Source: Methanocaldococcus indicus
GTDB taxonomy: Archaea > AGJL01 > Methanococci > Methanococcales > Methanocaldococcaceae
Reading direction: 5' to 3'
Length of the DNA stretch: 64,000 nt
NCBI RefSeq assembly: GCF_049554935.1
Contig: NZ_CP186926.1
Location: 416,001-480,000 of the forward strand
The notes under the pieces are model-generated. The model was not told the origin of the DNA and made no database searches. It saw nothing but the letters and a program-made list of their open reading frames with translations. Positions 48,665 to 59,064 of this stretch are shown piece by piece; the stretch's first letter is position 1, and every line of letters begins with the position of its first letter. Made by a program: the position numbers and the translations under genes.

Positions 48665-50059
48665 TCACTGTTGTTTTTGGTCCCATGGTATTTGTGTATC
48701 TAATATAGTATTAACTATATCATCAAATAATCTTAAACTACCCATATATCCAACTATTGGCCATCTAAAATGCCCTACTCTATCATAAATTGGAAATCCT
48801 ACTCTTACTAAACCAATATTTAAGTCATCTGCTAACCTTTTTCCACCTCTTGGATGACCAATTAATAAATCAACTCCTATCTTTTTAACAGATTTTTCAA
48901 AGTCCCATAAATCAGAATATTGCACTTCTATGTCTATATTATATTTTTCTGCTATCTTTTCCATATCTTTTTTGTAAGTTGTAGATGGAGTTTGAGTATT
49001 TACAACTACTGGTTTTAGTCCCATCTCACATGCAAATCTTGATAATGCAACTACAAAATCTGGGTCTCCAAATATTCCAACCTTCTTGTCCATTGTATAA
49101 TGTACTGTATCAACAATTGCATCTATTAATTTACCTCTTTCATCTAACAATTTATCAGGAATGTCTAATCCAGTTATCTTTGCAATATTGATAATAAACT
49201 CATCAGTATTCTCTATCCCTATTGGTAATCCATAATATACAGGAATTTTGTATCTTCTTTGTAAGAATAAAGCTCCTCCACCTCCAGCATGTCTGCATAA
49301 TACAAATATTGCCTTAGCATTTATTAACTCTTCAAATTCTTCAACTTTTGTTCCACCTTTTGGATAATATGGAACCTCTTTTATTGGCTCTCTTAAAGGT
49401 TGATATAAGGTCTCTGAAATATCAAATAAAACTGAATAATCTTTTCCTTCTTTTAATTCAAACATTTCAAATATTCTTTTTATTTCTAAAATGTCTCCAG
49501 GATTTACTCCAAATCCAGGAACTATAAATATTTTCCCATCTTTATCTTCATCTCTTTTTTTTCCAGCTGTAAAGTATTGGAAGAATGCTTTAACAGCATT
49601 ATCATATCCTTTTACATGACTTGATTGATATGATGGACAATGAACTGGAATTATTGGCAGTTTTGCTTTTTCTTCTCCAAATTCTTTAGCTATCTTCTTC
49701 CTAGCAGCTCTAATAAATGCTTCTATGTCATCTCCAATTGTTTCAGAGGAACATGTTGTAACAACTGAAATTAAATCTGGATCATATCTTGCTACTAAAT
49801 TTCTAATTCCCTCAACTAAATTCCTCATTCCTCCATATACTGCTGCATCTTCATGAAATGATGCAACTGCAATAGTTGCTGGTTCTCTAAAATGTCTATT
49901 AAATGTATATCTTACATAAGTACAACAACCTTGAGAACCTTGAACAAAAGGAATTCCCCTATGAACTCCTAAGGTTGCCCACATTGCACCAATTGGTTGG
50001 CATGTTTTGTTTGGGTTTATAGTCCCTGCTCTCTGTTTTTCAACATAAGTAATTCCCAT
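48665..50059 (-). CDS. nifK: Nitrogenase component I beta subunit
   Basis: INPNKTCQPIGA, GSQGCC, TTCSSETIGDD, GFPIYDR; ATG 50059 follows GGTGA. Confidence 0.95.
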   Translation of the reverse strand: MGITYVEKQRAGTINPNKTCQPIGAMWATLGVHRGIPFVQGSQGCCTYVRYTFNRHFREPATIAVASFHEDAAVYGGMRNLVEGIRNLVARYDPDLISVVTTCSSETIGDDIEAFIRAARKKIAKEFGEEKAKLPIIPVHCPSYQSSHVKGYDNAVKAFFQYFTAGKKRDEDKDGKIFIVPGFGVNPGDILEIKRIFEMFELKEGKDYSVLFDISETLYQPLREPIKEVPYYPKGGTKVEEFEELINAKAIFVLCRHAGGGGALFLQRRYKIPVYYGLPIGIENTDEFIINIAKITGLDIPDKLLDERGKLIDAIVDTVHYTMDKKVGIFGDPDFVVALSRFACEMGLKPVVVNTQTPSTTYKKDMEKIAEKYNIDIEVQYSDLWDFEKSVKKIGVDLLIGHPRGGKRLADDLNIGLVRVGFPIYDRVGHFRWPIVGYMGSLRLFDDIVNTILDTQIPWDQKQQ

Positions 50060-50081
50060 AAATATCACCAAAAAATTAAAT

Positions 50082-51512
50082 TTAAGAATTTTTCTTAAAT
50101 TCTTTGAATTTTTCTTCACCTTCTTTTAAAATATTCCAAATTGGATGATAAACTGCTTTATAAATATCTCTTGCAAAATTAACAAATCCTTTGAAGCATG
50201 CATAGGGTCCTTGTTCATAACTGTGAGAGTTAATTGTTGGAACTCCATACTTTCTAAATAAATATCTCTCTTTCAATCCTGTAAGCATGAAATCTGGTTT
50301 GTATTTAGCCACTGCTTCCTCTAATTCTAATTCATTTGGAGCATCAATAACCAAAGTTCCTTTTAGTCCAGCCTTTTTTAAGTTTTTATTCAACTTTTCA
50401 TAATCATCTTCATGTGCAAATGTACAACATGCTACTACAACATCTATTCCCAACTCTTTCATAACTCTAATCCAATGCCATGTTCTTGGACCTCCAACAT
50501 AAATTAGACATCTTTTTCCTTCTAATTTAGATTTATAAAACTCTAATTGTGGCTTAATAGCTTCTAATTCTTCTTCTATAACTTTCTCTACCCTATCCAT
50601 TGGAATTCCTAATACTTCGGCAGTTTTTCTTAAAGCCTCAGCTGTTTGTTCTATTCCAAAGAGTGAAACCCAAATTTTTGGAATATTGAAGCCATCTTCT
50701 ATCAATTCAGCAATATAGTTGGCAGACCTTTGACAATGGACAATATTTAATTTAACATCTGGTAATTTGAATAAATCATCTAATGATGCATTTCCAGTAA
50801 ATACAGCTACAATTCTACATCCAATTTTTTCAAATAACTCTTTTATAACTGCAACATCCCAATCCATATTGTAATCTCCAATTATTGCAACGTCATAAGG
50901 AGTTTTTTCTTCCTCTTTTAAACATTTTTCTGGATATCTTTCTCTTGCTTTTTTTAGCCATCTATAAAATGATATATTAAAGACGTGATGTCCTTTTGAT
51001 TGTGAAACTCCTGCATATCCTGGACAATTACATACAAATACTGGTTTTCCTATTTTTTCTTCTACTTTTCTTGCTACTGCATCTAAATTATCTCCAATTA
51101 GTCCAGAAGTGCATGTAGCATAAATAAAAATACCTTTTGCTTCTGGAAATTCTTTTATAGCTTCTAAACATGCCTTTTCTAATTTCTTTTCACCGCCATA
51201 AACAACATCAGCCTCTTGCATATCTGTTGTAAAGCAGTATCTTCTATGTAGTTCATTGTCTGACAGATTTCTTCTTGTTCCCCATGTGTAATATGCACAT
51301 CCAACTGGTGAATGAACCATATGAATAACATCTTTTACAGGCCCACCTACGACTCCTCTACTTCCTGCAAAGGAACAACCTCTCTCAGTTAAATCTCCTG
51401 GAACTGTTTTAATATTACATGCAGGAATTATTTCCTCCTCTGGGTCATAAATGTAGGTGTGTTTCATTCTTTCAGGGATTGGTTTGTCACAATCTAACAA
51501 AACAAATGGCAT
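50082..51512 (-). CDS. nifD: Nitrogenase component I alpha subunit
   Basis: RGCSFAG, HSPVGC, TC, GVSQSKGHH, VHCQRS, NSHSY (cofactor Cys and His ligands present). Confidence 0.95.
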   Translation of the reverse strand: MPFVLLDCDKPIPERMKHTYIYDPEEEIIPACNIKTVPGDLTERGCSFAGSRGVVGGPVKDVIHMVHSPVGCAYYTWGTRRNLSDNELHRRYCFTTDMQEADVVYGGEKKLEKACLEAIKEFPEAKGIFIYATCTSGLIGDNLDAVARKVEEKIGKPVFVCNCPGYAGVSQSKGHHVFNISFYRWLKKARERYPEKCLKEEEKTPYDVAIIGDYNMDWDVAVIKELFEKIGCRIVAVFTGNASLDDLFKLPDVKLNIVHCQRSANYIAELIEDGFNIPKIWVSLFGIEQTAEALRKTAEVLGIPMDRVEKVIEEELEAIKPQLEFYKSKLEGKRCLIYVGGPRTWHWIRVMKELGIDVVVACCTFAHEDDYEKLNKNLKKAGLKGTLVIDAPNELELEEAVAKYKPDFMLTGLKERYLFRKYGVPTINSHSYEQGPYACFKGFVNFARDIYKAVYHPIWNILKEGEEKFKEFKKNS

Positions 51513-51540
51513 TTTTTCACCTTTAATTTTAACTTTAATT

Positions 51541-51927
51541 TTAATTTCCTATAGCTTCTTCTCCAAATTCTCCAGTTCTAATTCTAATAGCTTCTTCTGT
51601 AGGTATAACAAATATTTTTCCATCACCTGGCTTTCCTGTCCTGTTTATTTTTGTTATAATGCCTATAACCAATGGAACATCTTCATCATTTACTACAATT
51701 GATAACATTCTTTTTGGAATATATTTTATTTTTAGCCCTAATTTTTCACCTTCTTCTATTATTTTTTCTTTATCAATTCCTTCTGGAAGATATGCATCAA
51801 TATAACCTTTTTCTTTTCCTCTACCAAAACATTTAATAATCGTTAAAGCAGGAAATCCAACAGCTTCAAGTGCTTTAACTGTCTGAGATACTTTATTAGG
51901 TCTAATAATTGCTAAAATTTCTTTCAT
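51541..51927 (-). CDS. nifI2: PII-family nitrogenase regulator NifI2
   Basis: AIIRPNK, GRGKEKG, GDGKIFV; position after nifI1. Confidence 0.93.
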   Translation of the reverse strand: MKEILAIIRPNKVSQTVKALEAVGFPALTIIKCFGRGKEKGYIDAYLPEGIDKEKIIEEGEKLGLKIKYIPKRMLSIVVNDEDVPLVIGIITKINRTGKPGDGKIFVIPTEEAIRIRTGEFGEEAIGN

Positions 51928-51931
51928 TTTC

Positions 51932-52249
51932 TCACAACTCTTTACTTCCAGTTCTTATAGTATAGACCTCATCAATTGGCTGTATGAAAATTTTTCCATC
52001 TCCATAATTTCCAGTGTGTGCATTAGTTTTTATAATATTAACAACTTCATCAACTTCATCATCATTAACACCAATCAGCAACAAAGTTTTTGGAAGTTCA
52101 TCATAAAATATCTCTCCAATTTTTATTCCCCCTTGTTTTCCTCTACCAACAACATCAATCTTTGTAAATGATGGATATCCTGCTTTTTCTAAGGCATCTA
52201 TTACATCATCAGTTTTTTCAGGCCTGATAATAGCTTTTATTAGTTTCAA
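51932..52249 (-). CDS. nifI1: PII-family nitrogenase regulator NifI1
   Basis: AIIRPEK, GRGKQGG, YDELPK, GDGKIF; TTG start after AGGTGA. Confidence 0.93.
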   Translation of the reverse strand: MKLIKAIIRPEKTDDVIDALEKAGYPSFTKIDVVGRGKQGGIKIGEIFYDELPKTLLLIGVNDDEVDEVVNIIKTNAHTGNYGDGKIFIQPIDEVYTIRTGSKEL

Positions 52250-52259
52250 ATTTTCACCT

Positions 52260-53120
<861 letters not shown>

Positions 53121-53146
53121 TCACCTTATTTTTTTGTTAGGTAGTA

Positions 53147-53226
53147 GGAAGCTTATTTCCTATTGACAATAATATTATTGTCAATAATTAATATATAAAG
53201 TTTTCGGTAATAAGAAACTTTATTCC
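53147..53226 (-). promoter_or_regulatory. nifH promoter: NrpR operators, 26-bp palindrome, TATA/BRE
   Basis: GGAA-GCTTAT-TTCC (53147-53160); TATTGACAATAATATTATTGTCAATA (53161-53186); minus-strand CCGAAAACTTTATATAT (~53191-53207); AGAA-ACTTTA-TTCC (53213-53226). Confidence 0.8.
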
Positions 53227-53243
53227 TAAACATGTAAAAAAAA

Positions 53244-53729
53244 TTAAGATTTGTATTTCATCTTAAAATAGTAAATTAGCCCACCAGCATTAAGAATCTC
53301 TCTTTCAATGCCCTTAGGAGATGAACATTTAATAGTTTTATTTTTATTTAAAATCTTTATTTCCTCTTTATCTAAATCTATCTCAATAATATCTCCTTCC
53401 CCTATCTCATCAGTATTTGCCAATATTGGAATTAATCCGTTATTTATTGCGTTTCTATAAAAGATTCTTGCAAAACTTTTAGCTACAACCGCTTGAATTC
53501 CTAAGTATTTTATAGACAGAACAGCTTGCTCTCTTGAAGAACCACATCCAAAATTTTCTCCTGCAACTATTATATCTCCTTCTTTAACTTTCTTTGAAAA
53601 ATCTTTGTCTATTCCATACATACAATACTTAGCCAACTCATAAGGATTTGTTGTTTTTAAATAAGCTCCTGGAATTATTATGTCTGTGTCTATATCATCC
53701 CCAAATTTCCAGACTCTTCCTTTTATCAT
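53244..53729 (-). CDS. hacB: Homoaconitase small subunit (HacB/AksE; LeuD family)
   Basis: FGDDIDTDIIIPGAYLKT, NFGCGSSREQA, SFARIFYRNAIN; the YL(K/R)T loop is of the homoaconitase type. Confidence 0.75.
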   Translation of the reverse strand: MIKGRVWKFGDDIDTDIIIPGAYLKTTNPYELAKYCMYGIDKDFSKKVKEGDIIVAGENFGCGSSREQAVLSIKYLGIQAVVAKSFARIFYRNAINNGLIPILANTDEIGEGDIIEIDLDKEEIKILNKNKTIKCSSPKGIEREILNAGGLIYYFKMKYKS

Positions 53730-53745
53730 TCTTCCACCAAAAATT

Positions 53746-54789
53746 TTAGTTTTGTATAACAACAGAAGAAGATATTGATATTTTAACTCTCATTCCTTTC
53801 CTTAGATTCATCCTATTAGCTTTTGACCTTATAACTTCACAAATTAGTTCTACACCATCAACATCTAAAATAGCTCTAACAGTTGATAAACTTAGATGAT
53901 ATACATCAACTATCTTTGCATCAAATAGATTGTATTTATTATAATGATATCTACATCCTTTTTCTCCTACTAACATAATATCCTCAGGTCTTATGGCTAA
54001 AATTGCATCTCCTTCATTATAAGGCTCATTGAGATAGATATCTAAACCCCCTCTAAAAATATATTGGTTATCTTCTTTCTTAATTTTTCCTTTTAAGAAG
54101 TTCTTATATCCAACAAATCTTGCAACAAATTCGTTTTTTGGATTAGTTATGATATCATCTATTTCCCCAAATTGTTCAATCTTTCCATTTCTTATTATTG
54201 AGAGTTTATTGGCTAATGCTATAGCTTCAATGAAGTCATGAGTGACATGAATAAATGTAATATCAGTATTACTATGAAGTTTTTTTAGTTCCAATATTAA
54301 ATTTTCATGAGTTAATCTATCCAATGCATTTAATGGTTCATCTAATAAAATAACCTCTGGCTCTACTACTAATGCTCTGGCCAAAGCTACTCTTTGCTGT
54401 TCTCCATTACTTAGTGTATTAGGCTTTCTATCTAAGAGATGAGTTATATTTAGTTGCTCAGCTATTTCATAAACTTTTTCTTCTCTTAATTTTTTGTCTT
54501 TTATTCCAATTCCTATATTTTCCCTAACATTTAAATGGGGAAATAGATATTTTCCATGACACATTACTATTTTTCTTTTGTTTAATGGTGTATCTGTTAT
54601 ATCTTCTCCATTTAAGTAAATTCTTCCATCATCAGGTTTTCTGAATCCTGCTATAATTTCTAATAAAGTAGTTTTTCCACTCCCACTCGGTCCTAAAACA
54701 ACAAAATAATCATTTTTATTTATTGTGAGTTCATCAATTTCAAGTGTAAAATATGCTAACTTTTTTTTTAGGTTATCTATTGTTAGCAT
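53746..54789 (-). CDS. modC: Molybdate/tungstate ABC ATPase with TOBE domain
   Basis: GPSGSGKTT, LSNGEQQR, LLDEP, HVTHD; C-terminal TOBE. Confidence 0.82.
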   Translation of the reverse strand: MLTIDNLKKKLAYFTLEIDELTINKNDYFVVLGPSGSGKTTLLEIIAGFRKPDDGRIYLNGEDITDTPLNKRKIVMCHGKYLFPHLNVRENIGIGIKDKKLREEKVYEIAEQLNITHLLDRKPNTLSNGEQQRVALARALVVEPEVILLDEPLNALDRLTHENLILELKKLHSNTDITFIHVTHDFIEAIALANKLSIIRNGKIEQFGEIDDIITNPKNEFVARFVGYKNFLKGKIKKEDNQYIFRGGLDIYLNEPYNEGDAILAIRPEDIMLVGEKGCRYHYNKYNLFDAKIVDVYHLSLSTVRAILDVDGVELICEVIRSKANRMNLRKGMRVKISISSSVVIQN

Positions 54790-54791
54790 AA

Positions 54792-55508
54792 TTATCTACC
54801 ATATATACAAAATCTTTCTAAGTTCAATAATTTAGCCAATCCTGCTATAGAAGTGCCATAGAAAATAATTTTTTTATTGTATTTTTTGGCTAAATTGAAA
54901 ATATCTTCAAAAGTTCCATTAACAATTGTTGAACCAGTAGCTAAAATAACATCTGAATTTTTTATTAAATCTTCATTATACTTTCCATGAATAATTTTAG
55001 CTCCATATTTTATTTTTCCAATATTTTCAGGATTCAAATCACTAACTATAACATTTTCAGTTCCAAAGTTATTAACAATCTCTTTAACAAATGCAGGTTG
55101 GAAGCCTATAATCCCTATTTTTTTTGGTTTTAGTTCTTTTAAATATTTAACCAATTCTTTTGCACATTTTTCTGGTTCATCTCCAGTGCAATGAACTGTC
55201 TTATCCACAAAATTTAAATATCTCATAACTGCATTTATAGCAGCTATTAGCTCTGCTCTATTTCCATTTTTTATTAGCTCTTCAATAGTTCCCACAAACT
55301 CTTTTGGTTTATCTGTGAATGCATCCCCATAACAGCCCTTAAAATTAGCTCTCAATAAAACTTCTTTTCCACTCATTAGTGGATAATCTCTTATTTTGGA
55401 TATATCTAACTTGGTATCTGCTATCTTAATCTCAATTTCCTCATTTAGTAGATTGTTCTTTTCTGCAAGTTCTTTTAGTATCTCCCTAAAATCCATAATT
55501 AACACCAT
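54792..55508 (-). CDS. DUF364-like Rossmann-fold protein
   Basis: AAINA, KIGIIG, DVILATGSTIVNGT, YGTS. Confidence 0.7.
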   Translation of the reverse strand: MVLIMDFREILKELAEKNNLLNEEIEIKIADTKLDISKIRDYPLMSGKEVLLRANFKGCYGDAFTDKPKEFVGTIEELIKNGNRAELIAAINAVMRYLNFVDKTVHCTGDEPEKCAKELVKYLKELKPKKIGIIGFQPAFVKEIVNNFGTENVIVSDLNPENIGKIKYGAKIIHGKYNEDLIKNSDVILATGSTIVNGTFEDIFNLAKKYNKKIIFYGTSIAGLAKLLNLERFCIYGR

Positions 55509-56287
55509 TTATATGATAATATAAGTTTTATTAGTAAGATAACAAAAATAGCAATAATAATATGAATTATAGCAATACACAAAGCTAAATTTATATTACA
55601 AATTGAGAAATTAAGAAATATGGCAATTGGTAAAGTTTCTGTTTTCATTTTTATAGCTCCAGCAATCATTAGAGTAGCTCCAAACTCCCCAATAGCTCTT
55701 GCCCAACCTAAAACAATTCCTGCAAGTATTCCACTTTTTGCCATTGGTAAAGTCACTTTTAAGAAAGTTTCCCATCTACTTAATCCTAAACTTTGGGCAA
55801 TATATTCATACTTAATGTCAATGTTTTCAAATATTGCTCTTGTTGTTTTTATTATAAATGGAGTGGCAATAATAAACTGTGCTAAAACTATTCCTGTAGG
55901 ATTAAATAAAAAATTGATTAAATTGTTAGATATCCACTTACCAAAAATGGTATTTCCTAAAAATAATAGAAGACCAAAACCTAAAACTAATGGAGGTAAT
56001 AATATAGGTATATGTATCAAACTATCTAAAAGTTCTTTTCCTCTAAACTTGAATCTTGCTAAACTGTATCCAGAAGGCACTCCAACTAATAAAGAGAATA
56101 ATATTGCAATAATAGATGTTTTTAAACTTAAAGTAGCTGAAAATAATACTTCATTAGAAAATAGAGCATCTATAAAGTTATTTAATGATGTATTCAATAG
56201 TATTGCGAATAAGATAGCAAATAATATAATTGAAAAAAAAATTAATGGCATATTTATAATATATACAAATTCTTTGTCTTTGAACAT
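55499..56287 (-). CDS. modB: Molybdate ABC permease
   Basis: PILLPPLVLG, AQSLG, WARAIGEFGAT. Confidence 0.87.
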   Translation of the reverse strand: MFKDKEFVYIINMPLIFFSIILFAILFAILLNTSLNNFIDALFSNEVLFSATLSLKTSIIAILFSLLVGVPSGYSLARFKFRGKELLDSLIHIPILLPPLVLGFGLLLFLGNTIFGKWISNNLINFLFNPTGIVLAQFIIATPFIIKTTRAIFENIDIKYEYIAQSLGLSRWETFLKVTLPMAKSGILAGIVLGWARAIGEFGATLMIAGAIKMKTETLPIAIFLNFSICNINLALCIAIIHIIIAIFVILLIKLILSYKWC

Positions 56288-56295
56288 AACTATCC

Positions 56296-57063
56296 CTAAA
56301 TGACTTCAAATCCATATTTTTTAAATATCTTCTTTCCATCTGTTATTACAAAATTGTAAAATTTCTCAGCAGCTTCTTTATTTTTAGTTGTGGATAGTAT
56401 TGCTATTGGAATAGTTTTTATAACATTGTATTTTGGAGATATATCAATTATATCCACTTTATCCTTGTTCTCAATTGCATCTGCCCTCCAAACAATTGCA
56501 GCATCTACTTGTTTCTCCATAACATAAAATAAAACTTGCTTTACAGTAGCTCCTTTTACAACTACATTTTTATTGATTTTTTCTGAAATTCCTGGATAAT
56601 CTTTGTCTAACTTTTCAAATATCTTATTAGTTGCTCTACCAATTGCAATATTACTATCTCCTAATGCTATTTTCACACCTGGTTTTGCTAAATCAAGTAT
56701 TGAAGTTATATGTTTTGGATTCCCTTTTTGTACAACAATAACAGGAATATGCTTTGTTATGTTTGTATAGTTCAGAATCATACCTTTCTTTTTTAACTCA
56801 TTTACATAGTATAAAGCCCCTGGCATAAAGATATCTCCACTTTTTGAGCTTAAAATTTGAGAATATAAATATCCACTTCCTGCATAGGTATATTCAACCT
56901 TTATTCCATACTTTTTCTCAAAAAGCTTCCCAATTTCATCCATTGGCTCTTGCATTCCAGCTCCAACATATGCATGTATTACCTCTTTTGAATTTTCTTT
57001 ATTTGTGCATCCACAAATGCTAACTAATAAAAGTATGGGAATAATGATTAGAATTTTTTTCAT
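56296..57063 (-). CDS. modA: Molybdate-binding lipoprotein
   Basis: Lipobox ICGC; YAGSG..QI, GDIF, KGNPK, AIGR, VDAAIVW. Confidence 0.87.
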   Translation of the reverse strand: MKKILIIIPILLLVSICGCTNKENSKEVIHAYVGAGMQEPMDEIGKLFEKKYGIKVEYTYAGSGYLYSQILSSKSGDIFMPGALYYVNELKKKGMILNYTNITKHIPVIVVQKGNPKHITSILDLAKPGVKIALGDSNIAIGRATNKIFEKLDKDYPGISEKINKNVVVKGATVKQVLFYVMEKQVDAAIVWRADAIENKDKVDIIDISPKYNVIKTIPIAILSTTKNKEAAEKFYNFVITDGKKIFKKYGFEVI

Positions 57064-57096
57064 AATCTCACAAAGAAAATTTTTATAACATTTATA

Positions 57097-57173
57097 GGAA
57101 TTAGGTTTCCTACTTCCTAAATATATTATAGAAAACTATATATAAAACTTACGGTATAAGGTAAGATAGTTCC
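57097..57173. promoter_or_regulatory. modA promoter with paired NrpR operators around the TATA box
   Basis: GGAA-TTAGGT-TTCC (57097-57110); minus-strand TTTTATATAT (~57138-57147); GGTA-AGATAG-TTCC (57160-57173). Confidence 0.75.
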
Positions 57174-57193
57174 TAACATATTGGTGATAGAAT

Positions 57194-57763
57194 ATGTTAC
57201 ATCTTATATATGAAGGTGATAGAAAATCTTCATCAGTAACTTTAATAATAACAGAAGAACACAATATTATTGTAGATACATCAACCAAAGATAAAAAGGA
57301 TTTAATTATCTCTAAACTCAAAGAGCTAAATTTTGAACCAAAAGATATAGATATAATAATAAATACCCATATTCACAAAGGACATACTGAAAATAATGAT
57401 TTGTTTGAAGATGCTAATATATATGCTTCTGCACATGAATGTATAAAAAAATGTGATGGATGTATGTTATATTCAGAAATTGATGAAATTTATGGATTTG
57501 AACCAATAGAAAAATTTCCTAATGAAGAAATAACAATAATAAAAACTCCTGGACATACTTATGGTTCTATATCAGTATTATATGAAGATTATATAATTGT
57601 TGGAGATGCTGCTCCTTTGAAAGAAAATATATTAAATAATAAAGTTCCAGAAAATATTGTTGATTTCAGAGCTGCAAAAGGAAGTATAAGAAGAATAAAA
57701 ATGCTAAAAAAGAATATTATAACTGGTCATGAAGGAATTGTTTATGTAAATGAATACTTATAA
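57194..57763 (+). CDS. Metallo-beta-lactamase-fold hydrolase
   Basis: THIHKGH (variant HxHxDH), TPGHT, GD, GH. Confidence 0.75.
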   Translation: MLHLIYEGDRKSSSVTLIITEEHNIIVDTSTKDKKDLIISKLKELNFEPKDIDIIINTHIHKGHTENNDLFEDANIYASAHECIKKCDGCMLYSEIDEIYGFEPIEKFPNEEITIIKTPGHTYGSISVLYEDYIIVGDAAPLKENILNNKVPENIVDFRAAKGSIRRIKMLKKNIITGHEGIVYVNEYL

Positions 57764-57921
57764 TAATATAATGTACTTAATGACAATATAATTCTAATAT
57801 TTAATTTATTTTATTTTTTAATCTTAATTTTATTTTATTATAACTAAGTTATACTCCAATTGTTACCAAATATATTATAATTTGTTTTTAGTTATATTTT
57901 TAATCTACTTAATGGAGAGTG

Positions 57922-58623
57922 GAGAGTGTCAAGTTAAGCTTTTATTAATAATTGATAAAAAATAATAAAATATGAAGCTCACGATAGAAGTCTTAAAGGA
58001 GAGAATCGAAGAGGAGAAGATTTTTAAAAGGAATAAGAAGTCGATAGAAGTTAAAATCTTAGCTGGGATTTTGTATTATCTTGGACTATCGTTGAGGAAG
58101 GTAAGTTTGTTTCGTTCCCAATTCGAAAGTATAAGCCATGAGTCGGTTAGGACTTATTATCACAAGATTAAAGATGTTTTAAACGAACCTGAAAGAAAGG
58201 AAAGATACGCAATTGCAATCGATGAGACCAAACTAAAGATTGGAAATGAAAATATTTACGTATGGTCTGCTATTGATGTTGAATCGAAAGAGTGCTTGGG
58301 AGTTTATGTTTCTGAAACAAGAAACTGCCTCGATACTATATTATTCGTTAAGAGTATATTAAAATTTTGCTCTAATAAGCCGAAGATTTTGGTCGATGGT
58401 GGAAGATGGTATCCGTGGGCATTGCAAAGATTGGGTTTAGAATTTGAAAGAGTCAGATTCGGACTGAGAAATTGTGTAGAAAGCTTTTTCTCACTACTCA
58501 AACGAAGAACTAAAGCATTTTATAATAGGTTTCCTAATAACAGCAAATTCGATACAGTTGTTAGCTGGATTAAAAGTTTCATGATGTTCTACAATTGGTT
58601 GAAGTCGTTAACTTGACAGTGTC
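57922..58623 (+). mobile_element. IS6-family insertion sequence (~700 bp)
   Basis: Terminal inverted repeats GAGAGTGTCAAGTTAA / TTAACTTGACAGTGTC (14/16) around the transposase; no target-site duplication seen. Confidence 0.88.
57972..58616 (+). CDS. IS6-family DDE transposase
   Basis: [26 protein letters not shown]; codon usage differs from the host (many CG-containing codons). Confidence 0.92.
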   Translation: MKLTIEVLKERIEEEKIFKRNKKSIEVKILAGILYYLGLSLRKVSLFRSQFESISHESVRTYYHKIKDVLNEPERKERYAIAIDETKLKIGNENIYVWSAIDVESKECLGVYVSETRNCLDTILFVKSILKFCSNKPKILVDGGRWYPWALQRLGLEFERVRFGLRNCVESFFSLLKRRTKAFYNRFPNNSKFDTVVSWIKSFMMFYNWLKSLT

Positions 58624-58637
58624 TGGGGTTATTATCT

Positions 58638-59054
58638 ATGAAAGTTAAATATAAGGTATGGATTGAGAAAGATGATAAATTTATTATTGGAGAGGGTGGA
58701 ATAAAAATATTGAAAAGTATAGATAAACATAAGAAACTAACTAAGGTAGCTAAGGAACTAAATATGTCTTATAAGTTTGTCTGGAACTATATAAAAAAAA
58801 TTGAGAATAATTTAAAGGATTGTATTGTTGTTACACATAGAGGAGGAGCAAACAAGGGATATACTGAATTAACAGAAAGAGGTAAAGAGCTTATAAAAAT
58901 ATTTGACTATTATAAAAATTTGTTTGATAAGCTATTAAATAACAACTACTACTCTGGAAGGATAATAAAAATAAATGAAAATAAAATTATTGTAGAAGTA
59001 GATAATCCAAAAAATTTAAAAGAAAATGATAAAATTATAATCATAAAAGAATGA
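58638..59054 (+). CDS. ModE-family winged-helix regulator
   Basis: KVWI...IGEGGIKILKSI...AKELNMSYKFVW...RGG...LT.RG. Confidence 0.85.
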   Translation: MKVKYKVWIEKDDKFIIGEGGIKILKSIDKHKKLTKVAKELNMSYKFVWNYIKKIENNLKDCIVVTHRGGANKGYTELTERGKELIKIFDYYKNLFDKLLNNNYYSGRIIKINENKIIVEVDNPKNLKENDKIIIIKE

Positions 59055-59064
59055 GGTTGATTAA

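Noticed and set aside
50060-50119. N-terminal extension of NifK in the ORF track
   Set aside because: Overlaps nifD; the ATG at 50059 has a GGTGA RBS and gives a typical N-terminus
55620-56303. 227-aa plus-strand ORF (and similar antisense ORFs at 29720, 32772, 45467, 59694)
   Set aside because: Shadow frames opposite well-supported genes; no recognisable motifs
57780-57910. Possible ModE box (TATAAC/GTTATA half-sites)
   Set aside because: Orientation and spacing do not match the ModE consensus; region too AT-rich to distinguish from chance
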